From Octopus vulgaris (Eukaryota), in NCBI GenBank assembly GCA_951406725.2, contig OX597814.1, positions 155,620,001 to 155,684,000 on the forward strand: DNA of 64,000 nt, written 5' to 3'. This document shows, one piece after another, positions 1-11,690 of the stretch. Within the stretch, counting starts at the first letter, position 1. Every line of letters begins with the position of its first letter. Under the pieces are notes generated by a model, which was not told the origin of the DNA, did no database searches, and saw only the letters and a program-made list of their open reading frames with translations. The position numbers and the translations under genes are program-made.

Positions 1-469
1 TAAGAAGATTATGTCTTTATAACTGCACGTTAATTAAAATCCTATCTTTTTATGAATCTAGACGGCTGCCCACGTAAAAATACATGTATTTCATTTATTT
101 TCTAATCGACATATCTTCAAACAACACTCTTCACACAGTATTTGAAATAGTTGTTGTATTGTTACTCTCCTAAAACAATTAAATATATGAATTTTACACG
201 ATACATTTTGCTTTTCTTAAACATTTTATAGCACTTATATGATATGCAAATTTTTGCTTGTATATGTGAAATAATGCATTTTAAAACCCCCTAAAATTAA
301 AATAATGTGAATGCTCTATATAAATGCTCTTCTCTGTTGTCGGAGTTAGAGGTGTAGAATTCGGAACTGGGTTTTAAATGAACTGCAAATTCAGAACCAA
401 AATCTAAGCAGAGTGGTGTTATATGAAGTGACTGCTGAAATGTTTCTCCCAAATTCTTTGTGTACTATT

Positions 470-502
470 ATGTATATATAATATAATATATGCATATATA
501 TA

Positions 503-556
<54 letters not shown>

Positions 557-658
557 GTATGTATATATATATATATATATTATATATATGTATATATATA
601 TTATATGTTATATATATATATATGTATGTATATGTATGTATGTATGTATGTATATATA

Positions 659-731
<73 letters not shown>

Positions 732-732
732 A
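470..732. repeat. (TA)n/(TATG)n compound microsatellite
   Basis: Directly visible; explains the IY/YI-rich ORFs 468-830. Many similar tracts occur across the window. Confidence 0.98.
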
Positions 733-1130
733 TCCTTTTCTCCAAACGCACACTGGTCAACGCTTATAAAGACCATGTTTACACGTGTTTACATTGGGAA
801 AAAACACACTTTCGTTCGAAAATGATTTAACTTTATATCTCTTGAATAAATCTTCTAAATGGATAAAATTTGAATATACCCTTTAATATGATAGAATGTT
901 TTTCGCGATTATGCAAAAAAGCTTGTTTGAACCCACCAACAGCATTCAACGTTCTCTATTCTATATTGTGTGTTTTACATCACAATATTCTGCTCGCTAT
1001 TATTTCTTCGAGTGCCGTTGTTAAAAACGATTATATATGGCAAAGATTTTAAATTTTTATCCTATAAACATTTCACACTGCAAATCATTAGTATTTTTTA
1101 TATGGAAAACATTATGTCGTGATGTGTTCC

Positions 1131-1528
1131 TTTACTTTTTTCAGTCAGATCACGGCGGCCATGCTGGAGTACTGCCTTAAAGGTTTTTTTTATTCGAAGA
1201 AATCTACACCAGGACTTATTCCTTGTAAGCCTAGTACTTATTCTATCAGTCTCTTTTGCTGAACCGCCAAGTTACGGGGACGTAAACACATCAACATCGG
1301 TTGTCAAGCGATGGTGCGGGGACAAGCACAAACACAAAACTACACACTCATATGTATATACACACGACGTGCTTCTTTCAATTTCCGTCTACCAAATACA
1401 CTCACTAGATTTTGGTCAACCCGAGGCTATAGTAGAAGATACTTGCCCAAGGTGCCACGCAGTGAGACTGAATCCGAAACCATGTGGTTAGGAAGCAAAC
1501 TACTTACCACACAGCCCCGCCTGCGCCT
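1131..1528 (-). mobile_element. tRNA-derived CORE-type SINE (octopus OK/OR-like), near full length
   Basis: Minus strand starts GGCGCAGGCGGGGCTGTGTGGTAAG (A-box-like), then GGATTCAGTCTC (B-box-like) and CACCTTGGGCAAGT (CORE-like), and ends in a CAGCATGGCCGC tail. Homologous copies at 4.1-5.6, 41.9-44.2, 52.7 and 55.3 kb. Confidence 0.85.
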
Positions 1529-4139
1529 AGATAGCTCTCACAATATCTATAAATGGCTATTTTGCAGAGCACTGTAAATACATGAATCCTTACAATTGCA
1601 AGTGAACTCAAATGGATGGACTATTATGATTTCTCCTGTTACGTTTGAAGCGTAAAAATAAAAGTAATAGATTTTATATGTAGGAGGAGAGGCATAATTT
1701 GTATGAATACACATTAGGATTCATTCTAATGGCCGGTTTCTACACGTCGATAACTGATATCTACTCATTTGATTCCCAATTTGCGTTATTTTTCTGATAT
1801 GTTACGTCTAATTTTCACTTGAATCCTTCATTCCTTTAGTAGTGCTGGCACGCTGTGTAAATTTAGATAATAACTACAGAAACGTGCCCGACAGAATTTA
1901 ATTCCATATAACGTTCTGAAAAAGGGAATTCTTTTATAAATATCTTTCAGATAGCATGGATTACGATTATATTGGAATATGTCGTCATAAATTTCAGAAA
2001 AAAGGATGTCTTTAAATGAAATATTCTACTATTATCTTTTAGATAGTTTCATTACAAATGTAAAGAAATTGCACTAGTAGAAAATGGGAGAAAGAGATAT
2101 GCATCACGGCTTCGATTTTATGACTTAATAACAATTATGCTAAAAAAAGAAATTAACTTTGAGACCCATGTGATGCATGCTATTTGTAACATACTACACG
2201 ATCATGTAGGGGATGGGCCACCTTTCAGTTTGCTTTGAAGAGAGAAAGAGAGATAGAGAGAGAGAGAGGAAAAGGGAGAAGAAGAGAAAAGAAGAGAGAG
2301 AGGGTGTGAAAGGAGAGAGCGATTGAGATTGGGGTAGATATGCATTCAATAATTACTGTTAGCATTGTGCTCCCAGTTCTCGAAAGATTTCTTTCAGAGA
2401 CGTTTTAGAAAAGGATGGAAGGATCATGTATTTTTCAACATAATTGTAAGTAAACCATCATAATATATGCAATAAATAAAATCATAACGTTTGAAATTCC
2501 AATCTCCGATGTTTTTATTAACGTTAATTTTCGAAATAATTGTAATACGCGCCACCTGAAAGGTATTTGTAGTAAATTTCGTTAAAAAATATTTCTTGAC
2601 AAAATCAGGGTTAGCGAGGTACAGTTCTGTAGTTGTGCCCAGTCGATGTAAATAAATTAAAGCCAATGTTCTTATTCAGCTTTCTGTTTCTTCAAAAGCA
2701 CCCAGTAAATATGAAAGGTTACTGGAATCAACGTAATGTGATTGATGCTTGAATAAAAATTATTAGTTTCAGTGTGTAGAGTTGCAATTATTCGGACAAC
2801 CTAAATGTTAACAGACGTTTCAGACGTCTGTTAACTCTGCAGTAAATTGAAATGATGCAGTAAATTGATATGATTGAAGCGTATATTTGAATTATTAAAT
2901 AATTAAAAGATCCCTAAAAAACCATCTTTATAAAAGGAATACATTAAAATTGGGATTTATAAACATTTCGTAGAGAGTCTAGCCCTTCATAATTTGTTCC
3001 TTTTAATAAAAGTTACATGACCTCAACTAATTACTAAGCAGCTCTCTCCATTATAGTATAGATATTACCTCCACCACAGAACTGAAATGGGTTTGCTAGT
3101 ATGGTTAAATGAAATTAAAAACTTGAATTATCCGGGGTAAAACATCTTTTTGCACAGCTATTTGCAAAAACAAATGAATATTACTTTCTCATTTTTTACC
3201 AGGTTCAGTGACAATGGATTGCCGTTGACATTAAAAAATGGTACGCGCGAATTTGTGCATTATCTAAAGCGTGAATAGAGTAAGTAATGTGATCGTGCAT
3301 ACATTGCGAAATTAAAGTAGGTTACATTCGACTGTAAAAGGTGGTATGATAGAAAAAGTGATGTGATTGTAAAAGTTGTTGAGTGAACTCTTTGAATTTC
3401 CCTATAGCTTTAGTTGAGTAATTAAATTTATCTTTCAAACATTGCTAATCTAATATAGGTCAAATTCTGTTCGCTCTGAGCGTAGTAGTTGCAGAATTGT
3501 GCTCCCAAAGCACAAAATGATTAATTAAAACTCGTTTTGACAGGGCAAGCTCAAACCTCTTTTGCTAAGGGAATTAGAAATGTAAAGTCATGCTATATAT
3601 ATATTTCATAAGGCCATTAAACATGTAAATGAAATTAAATAGCTTAGAAATACATAGACATAAATAAACGTCAACATATGAGAATAGGAAAATATGGGCT
3701 AATCTCTGGGCAACAGAGATCAAAGGCCTTGATGTTCTGATATAAAATTCAAGTCCTGCTAGATTTGGTTTTAAGTTTTTATCTGTCTAAGATATTCATA
3801 ATAAATAACAGTAATATGATCACGTTCTATTAATTGACTACAGACCTCGCTTTTATTAATAGTTATTAAATCAGATTAAAATATACCTTTCATGCGATTC
3901 AGTAATATGCGTGCATCATTGTTAGAAAATTTTATACACGAATAAAAGAATGAGATATATGTACTTTAGTAATTTAGAGATAGAACATAATTCATTAACA
4001 TAATGAATGCTATAGAACACTGATTATCCCAGATTACTTGGGACATTCAATATGAAAGAACACTGAATGTCGTATAAGAAGCTTTCCTAGGACGCTATCC
4101 TGCACCAATAATTGCTACATTATTAGAACTGCTCTTATT

Positions 4140-4302
4140 ACTGTGTGCGTGGTAAGAATTTTCCTTCACAGTAATTGGGTTCCGGGTTCAGTCCCACTGC
4201 GTGGCACCTTGAGTAAATATTTCTACTATAGCCTCGGGCTGACCAAAGACTTGTGAGTGGACTTGGTAGCCGGAAACTGATGAAGCTCGTCATTTGAATA
4301 TA

Positions 4303-4348
<46 letters not shown>

Positions 4349-5222
4349 GTCTGATCAATAAGTATCCGGAATATTGCCATAATAACAAAGCTAATGCACG
4401 CAGAGTAAAGTTGCTTGACCATGAATGCTGTTGTGCATGCGCACTAAGTCTTAACGTTCTAGCTCATTCACGCCGTTTACAGCAGTGTTTGGAAGGAACA
4501 TGTATAGTGTGTGATCATCGCATTGACCATGACAAAGAAAGTTGTCATGATGATACCTGCTTAGAGGCTTATGCAAAGTTTCAGAAAATATATGGAGAAG
4601 AGTGTATGAGCCACACACAAGTGTACGAGCGATTCAGACGTTTCCAAGATGGCAAAAAACATGTCAAATTTGACGAACGTCTTGGGAGACACGCCACCAG
4701 CAGAACAGAAAAACATCGCAGATATACATGCAGCTGTGAGGGGAAATTGTCGAATCACCATCCGTGAGTTGCAGATTAATTACGGTTCAGTTCAATGTAT
4801 TATCACTGAACATTTGGGTATGAGACGCGTGTCTGCCAGGTTTGTGCGAAAAAATGCTTCCAGCTAACCAAAAATATACTCGGGCTTCAGTTGCACAAGA
4901 TCACCTTGATTGTGTCGAGAACGGTGAAAACGTTTTGAAAACTTTGCGTAGGCCTCTAAGCAAGTATACCCAAGCATTTGGCAAAATATGATGGAGATTC
5001 TCTACTCAACTTTGTCGGTCATGGTCAATGCGACGATCAAATACTACACGCTTTCCTTCCAAGTATTGCTGTATAAAGCAGAATTGAGCAAGAACACCAA
5101 AACTTAGCGCGTATGCACTACAGAATACGCGGTGTGTCTGTGCTAAACGGCTTTATACTACGCGCTTTAGCTTTGTCACTCTGCCAAGAGTCTGTATACT
5201 TATCGAGCAGACCATGTATATA

Positions 5223-5257
<35 letters not shown>

Positions 5258-5590
5258 GTCCCAGCATTGCTACAGCCTTAGGGCTGAAACGTGTAAGAAA
5301 TAAAAGAATATATATATATACATATATATATATACACACACACATATATATATATATGTGTGTGTGTGTATATGTATGTGTGTCTGTTTGTATTTGTGTT
5401 TGTCCTCCACCACCGGTTGGTAACCAGTGTTGGTGTGTTTGTGTCCCCATAACTTAGTCGATCGGGGAAAAAGACCGATAGAAGTAAAAACAAAATAAAT
5501 GTTGGTGTCGATACGTACGACTAAAAAGTCCTAAAGGTGGTGGCCCAGAGCATATGCTGGATCACATATAATCACTGGAACAAGTAAAAC
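4140..5590 (+). mobile_element. CORE-type SINE split by a mariner insertion in its internal (TA)n
   Basis: 5' half 4140-4295 (GGTTCAGTCCCACTGCGTGGCACCTTG) and 3' half 5390-5590 (GTCCCCATAACTTAG...GGTGGCCCAG) match the other SINE copies. Confidence 0.75.
4345..5216 (+). mobile_element. Internally deleted mariner transposon with long inverted ends
   Basis: TIRs TGAGGTCTGATCAATAAGTAT and ATACTTATCGAGCAGACCATG flanked by TA. HTH remnants YGEECMSHTQVYERFRRFQDG and RITIREL...LGMRRVSARFV. No DDD domain. Confidence 0.85.
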
Positions 5591-5704
5591 GACAATGTAT
5601 ACATACACACACACAGACATACATACATGCATACATACATAAATATTATCAAACACAGAAGAATACTGAACAACATGAATCAGATAATATACTTATATTC
5701 CAGA

Positions 5705-5780
5705 AAAATTCGTCTGCGGCCAGCCATGTGACTCGAACTTGCATCTGTGTGATTACCGGTCAATTATTCTGAATAGCGTA
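5705..5780 (-). mobile_element. tRNA-like SINE head remnant
   Basis: Minus strand TGACCGGTAATCACACAGATGCAAGTTCGAGTC resembles a tRNA anticodon arm and T-arm (GTTCGA B-box). No complete cloverleaf. Confidence 0.4.
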
Positions 5781-5840
5781 TTTCCATGTTTGTATATTTC
5801 AATACCTCTCAACACTTCTTAAAAAGCAAACATTGTTTAC

Positions 5841-5877
<37 letters not shown>

Positions 5878-6000
5878 TATACATACATATACAAACATGC
5901 ATATATATATATATGCATATATATGCATGTATATATGCATATATATGTATGCATGTATATGCATACATCTATATATATAAGTACATATATATATATAGAA

Positions 6001-6048
<48 letters not shown>

Positions 6049-7235
6049 ATGTAAGTATTATGTCTCTCTGTATGTCTGTATGTATGTATCCATTATTCGA
6101 AAACAAGAATTACCAGACAGAGCAGTAAGGATAGTATAATATGAAATGACACTATACTCTCTATATAAATCTCAATAGAAGTCTGTTGAGCATTAATGTG
6201 TAGTATATTAAAAATTATTGCAATGAAAAAGGAGTTAAATTATTATATCTTGCTTACCTCCGTGTTACGGAATTCAGTTTAAATGAATCCATCTAATCCG
6301 TGTCAATGTCCAAAATACTGGATAAACACGCATTCTCGCGCGCATACACACACACAAGCACGCACACATGCACACACAGACACATACATACATACATTCA
6401 TGCCTTATGCATGTAAATATGTGTGTATATGTGCGGGTTTGTGCATCAGTAAATATCACTATTCTATGCAAGATAACCACGCTCATTTCCATCAAAAATT
6501 ATGTATGTATTTATTTACGTCCCCACCTCTCTCTTTCTCTCTTCCTTTATACATATATATTAATATATACACGCACATATATGCTCACATGAACAAGAGG
6601 ATGTATAGGCAAACAAATTGGCCTATATGTGTAGGAAAAAATATTCGTGTGCGTTTCTATTGTGGGACACAGAAAGAAAGCTCACACGTGGACACACATG
6701 ACCATAAATATACAATCACACAATTACACGCTCATATACGATATGTATATGTTTATATAGATAGTTTATAGATGTGAGACACACAACTTGCATAGAATAA
6801 ACATAGTGCTCAAGAGATTTTAAACTTGAGCAGGTAGAGGAGTAAACGTAGGTATAAGCAAGTTAAGCAAGTCGATATACATAAAATATTAAATACATTT
6901 ATTACGATAAATGTACATATATTTCCATATAAAGGGGTCCAACTTTAGAATAGAAATATAGAAATGATATCAGGCATTAAAGGGACTGAATAAGAGCATT
7001 AGGAGTCCAGTAGCTGTTTCTGGGATCTTGGTGGTCCATAATAATGATTGTAGATTGAGTCCATCATCGGATAATACCAGCTCCCCTCACCAGGGAAGAA
7101 GTTTACATATGAGGTGTTGAGAGAAAGGAGATATAAGATGGCATGTATATATAAATGTATGTGTGTGTGTGTGTGTGTGCATGTGTATACATATATTTAT
7201 ATGTGCATGTATATATATAAATAGATAAATATTCT

Positions 7236-7765
7236 TTATATTTTGATTTTTTTATATGTTTCAGCCCTAAGGCTGTATTCATGCTGGAGCACCGTCAGGG
7301 TAATCACCCCTTTAATGACCAATTCTATGTGATTGACTTTTGATGAAGGAGGTATTTGGCACTGCTGCCCTTTTGTGAGTCTCCTGCCTTGATTATGATT
7401 CATCTTGGACCTTAAATAGCATGATGTCACATTGTTTCTTGAAACAACTAACACTACTCTAGGAAGATCCCTCAGATGATTTGAAAAGGCATTAAACAGC
7501 TGTGGGCCCTTGAATCCCAAGCTAGTGCGTACATGGTCCTCACTGTAGATGGGATAGTTGGCACCTTTGGAACAGTGCAGTGACGTCCAGTTCGGGGTCT
7601 GGTATAGCCCTTGATTCCAGAGTTTGGTGCTCGCTCCTCCAGGTTCTTCCATACATATACCACTATGTACCTCTACCATTTTCGGTCCAGGGAGTAGAAT
7701 TGAAGCTACCCTGTAAATTAGGTGTTCCATTGATGCAAAGTATAACATTGCTGAATCGCTATGAA
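7236..7765 (-). mobile_element. 3' fragment of a CR1/L2/Jockey-group LINE
   Basis: Frameshifted C-terminal RT-type peptides (RTGRHCTVP, SLGFKGPQLFNAFSNHLRDL). 3' tail GGTGCTCCAGCATGAATACAGCC...GCTGAAACA is shared with the SINEs. Confidence 0.7.
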
Positions 7766-7769
7766 TCTG

Positions 7770-7849
<80 letters not shown>

Positions 7850-7859
<10 letters not shown>

Positions 7860-7968
7860 TAAATTAGAGACAAAACCACTATTATGCAAATCAAACAAAG
7901 AAAGACTTAATCCATTTCCTTGTTTGATTTGCATAATAGTGGTTTTGTCTCTAATTTAATATAATATA
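7850..7968. repeat. Fold-back inverted repeat (about 54-bp arms, 11-nt loop) within (TA)n
   Basis: AAATTAGAGACAAAACCACTATTATGCAAATCAAACAA followed by TTGTTTGATTTGCATAATAGTGGTTTTGTCTCTAATTT. Confidence 0.95.
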
Positions 7969-8042
7969 ATATTTTACTACAAAATTGGATTCAATCCTAA
8001 ATTTGATTTTTCCCTGTAAGTTTGGATTTATTACCTAATATT

Positions 8043-8100
<58 letters not shown>

Positions 8101-8106
<6 letters not shown>

Positions 8107-8274
8107 CAAAATATTAAGGAATGACCCTGAGAAGGTCGTTCGACTCACTTGAAAAGAGCAGCTAATACTCAAAACCGCAAAAATAGTAGTAATTCTGCGG
8201 TTTTGAGTTTTAGCTGCTCTTTTCAAGTGAGTCGAACGACCTTCTCAGGGTCATTCCTTAATATTTTGTTGAAT
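8101..8274. repeat. Fold-back inverted repeat (about 80-bp arms, about 10-nt loop) within (TA)n
   Basis: ATTCAACAAAATATTAAGGAATGACCCTGAGAAGGTCG... and its reverse complement ending ...CCTTAATATTTTGTTGAAT, about 2 mismatches. Confidence 0.95.
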
Positions 8275-8365
8275 GTATCATATAGTCTGTGACTATTTCT
8301 ATTTTCTCACTTGACCGCTGGTGGCAGAAAATTTTTCTTGAATTTTTTGTTACCCTTATATTGAT

Positions 8366-8420
<55 letters not shown>

Positions 8421-8476
8421 TATATAATACATTTCGAAATATCTCAGAGAGATATATGCAGTAGTGGTACGATAAA

Positions 8477-8827
8477 GTAGCTGTATACTGTCAACTTAAT
8501 CTCTATGAGATATTTAGAAATCTATTATTTCTATTTTTGTAATCAGTGGATTTATTTCACTAGAATTCTTATATGTTAACAAGGGCTAGATAGGCATCAC
8601 CAGCTATCAGGCCATGCTACTCCAGACTGATGACGAGCAAAGACTCAGAAACTAGTCTCTGCATGCAGGCTTCGCTGGGTGGAAGTGCTTGTCTCCACCT
8701 TGTAAACATAAGGACAAAGGAGATGTGTCAAGGCCCACAGGAAGCATTGCTGCTTCCTAGGGCTAAATAGCCGTATTGTGATTCCCTTCATGGGACTGTC
8801 ACGTTAAGTTGACACAGTATACAGCTA

Positions 8828-8828
<1 letters not shown>
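8477..8828 (+). mobile_element. Penelope-like (pLTR) fragment with inverted ends
   Basis: GTAGCTGTATACTGTCAACTTAA and TTAAGTTGACACAGTATACAGCTAC form inverted ends; internal hammerhead motif; lies between (TA)n tracts. Confidence 0.55.
8623..8661 (+). ncRNA. Minimal type I hammerhead ribozyme-like motif
   Basis: CAGA-CTGATGA-c-GAG-caaaga-CTC-a-GAAAC-ta-GTC-TCTG. Stem I CAGA/TCTG, palindromic stem III ACTAGT, GUC cleavage triplet. Confidence 0.65.
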
Positions 8829-8884
<56 letters not shown>

Positions 8885-11166
8885 TATGTATGCATATATA
8901 GCATATATACGTATACATATGAATGAATATATATATATATGTCTGTGTGAACATATATATATATATCATATGTGCAGGTACATGTATATATATATATATA
9001 TATGTATGTGTATTTGCGTGTGTGTGTGTGTATTGAAACTGTAAACGATTATTTTTATCAATCGAAATATAATTATATCACAACCGCCAGATAGTTATGT
9101 CTATACATACATACGTACTTACGCACACATATTTTATGTATACTTATCTTATGCATACCCTCATACATACATGCATGCACGCATACATACATATATGCAT
9201 ACATGCATATTTATATACATGCATGTTGCATACTTACATGCATGCGGCATACTCACATATATACATACATATATGCATGCTTGAATTGAAACTACCGCAG
9301 AAAGCTCGAGTATTTTTTAAGAAAAAATGCTATCTGCCCAATCATTTCGTTCCAAATTCAGTCAATTAGTATCGTCTTTAGAAAATTGCTACTTCATCGC
9401 TTGAACCTGAACATCAACTCCAAGTTGAATAGTGTCTGAATTAGTCATTGATGATAAAGAAAATAATATAACAAAATAAACCAGATAAAAGTAAGCATAA
9501 AATCATATATATGTATATATGAAATGAATTTGAATTCATCGAAAAACGTCTAATGCCAATTATCATTAGAAGAAGTTAAGCAGCACTACATGTGAGTGGA
9601 AAAGATAGTATTAATCCTTGCTTATGTTTAATTTATTGATTCTAGAAGAACCTACTTGAACTGGGTTCGTCTTATGTTATATGATGCTAAACATTCGATT
9701 TGACGAATTATTTCTGATCAATGGATTATGGATTTATACTGGAAAGACAGCGAGACTAATTTGTAAGTCTCACAGACACAAGCACACACGCTAACACTCA
9801 CAAATACATAAACGCTTCATACACATATACACATATACACATGTGCGTACATCTATATATATACATATATAGATGTATGTTTACACACGCGAGCACATAC
9901 ACACACACACACACTTGTATATATAAGACAGAAAACAAATGAAGAAAATAATGCAATATGGTAATGTTATGATTCTTATCAACAGTTGAGTACTGAGACA
10001 AAGTTCAACTTTGCTGGAATTTTAGAATTCGAACTTGGAAGGAAAAGACACAGTGCTTTCAAAGTATTTAGCTGTGTACCGTCAAGTTCCTACTCTCAGG
10101 TCTCAAAATTCTTTTTTTAGAACGGCAAACGCTGATATTTTTCGTGCAGAAGAATGAAATTTTATGAATTATATTGTCTGCGCTTTTACAACGGGCGCTT
10201 TCGCAAAAGCAGTTCGTCAAAAGTGTAACAATTACTCGATATAATTTGACTACAGACTTCTTGTGTTGATTATGTTCTGAAAGACTATATCATTTAAATA
10301 ATCTGTAAACTACGGCTCAAACACGTGCTTCTATATACGATGTCGCATTCTAATATTTTTCGTTTCCCTTGGTAAACAATAAAAATCGATTTAAAAAATT
10401 GAGAAAACGTTCGTTTTTGTACTAAGGAGTCTCATATGATTTGGTGTTTCATTAAGATAGTCAAAAAATTCCCTGAAATCTTTTTACCTCATAAAATACA
10501 CAAAGAATTTTCCAAAGTGCGAAAGTTTTCACACCAGAAGGGACATTAATAATGATTGTGTTACCGTATAGTTTACAATAACGATCAATTGTGAGAAAGA
10601 GGGGAGAAACAAAAATATATAATTGTCCGCTGAGGAAAGCAAATAGACTGGCTGGTGCCACATATAATGGAGAATTGTGAAGTCACAGCCACACAATTCA
10701 TTTATCCTAAAAAAATTTTCGCCCGCAAACTGCATGCCAACTAATTCATGTACATAATGATTTTCTAGTCTCTTTCAGTGTATCAAGTGAAGTTTTATTT
10801 TCTTTGGTATTATAAGGGACACAAGTACTATCTTAGTTATATGAATTAACTCTCAAAGTACTCAGCACCTAAGAGTTCGAGAATTTGCCACTTCTTGCAC
10901 TATGACTCCTTTATCAATACCGATATATATAAATATATAATTATATATAAGGCGCTGCAAAAAAAAAAAGACCGAAAATTAACTTGAAATGGCTCGTCAT
11001 TAAATTAGATTGAATATTGGAGGATACAATATTATGGAATGCAGGAAGTATTGTGCATTATATGCCCTGGGATATTACAGTGATAAAGAAATATAATGTA
11101 TGTAGCATTGGTCAAACAAATCATGCCCTAATATTCTTACAGAGCAAGAAAATAAGCGATGAGAAA

Positions 11167-11352
11167 TATTGGCTTCAAATTTTGGCACAACGTCAGCAAT
11201 TTCGGAGGAGGGGGTAAGTCGATTACTTGTAGCTATTTCCTCGACCTCGAAAGCATAAAACCAGTGGGATTTGAAATCAGTACGTAATAAATAACAGAAT
11301 GCCGCTAAGCATATCACCCGGCGTGCTGACGGTCCTGCTGGCTCTCTGCCTT
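11167..11352 (-). mobile_element. Nin/Deu-domain-type tRNA SINE, deleted copy
   Basis: Minus strand AAGGCAGAGAGCCAGCAG...TTCAAATCCCACTGG...GTGCCAAAATTTGAAGCCAATA; related to the copies at 41007 and 46666. Confidence 0.7.
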
Positions 11353-11647
11353 AGTCATGAGAAATATTAAAGCTTGAAACAGAGTATCTTATTGCAACAG
11401 ACATATGTAAACAAGCATAAATTTTCATAATGAAGCCGAGAATGAAGATAGTTTGGCAGTAACTTCTTTATTCATTTACAAAGGAAACCAGTAATTGATG
11501 GCGAATTAATTAAATCTTCCGTGGTAGATCTAGTTTAAGAAGTGTAGCGATATCTAAAGAAATATAGAGAAATATATTTATCTTAAATACTAGTCTTTCT
11601 TATGTTAAACAATATTTATTAGATGGTTTGATGGTGCAAATCGCATC

Positions 11648-11690
11648 CTGTGCACCATCCTGTGCACTATCCTGTGCACCATCCTGTGCA
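11648..11690. repeat. Tandem 12-mer CATCCTGTGCAC x4
   Basis: Directly visible. Confidence 0.9.

Noticed and set aside
751-800. CACTGGTCAAC identical to the Chapaev3 terminus
   Set aside because: Only 11 bp match, with no TWA flank and no partner end found.
468-830. ORFs rich in IY/YI, poly-I/L/Y/N/R here and throughout the window
   Set aside because: They are translations of (TA)n, (TAA)n and (GAA)n microsatellites.
2807-2835. Hairpin GTTAACAGACGT-TTCAG-ACGTCTGTTAAC
   Set aside because: Short and isolated, with no supporting context.
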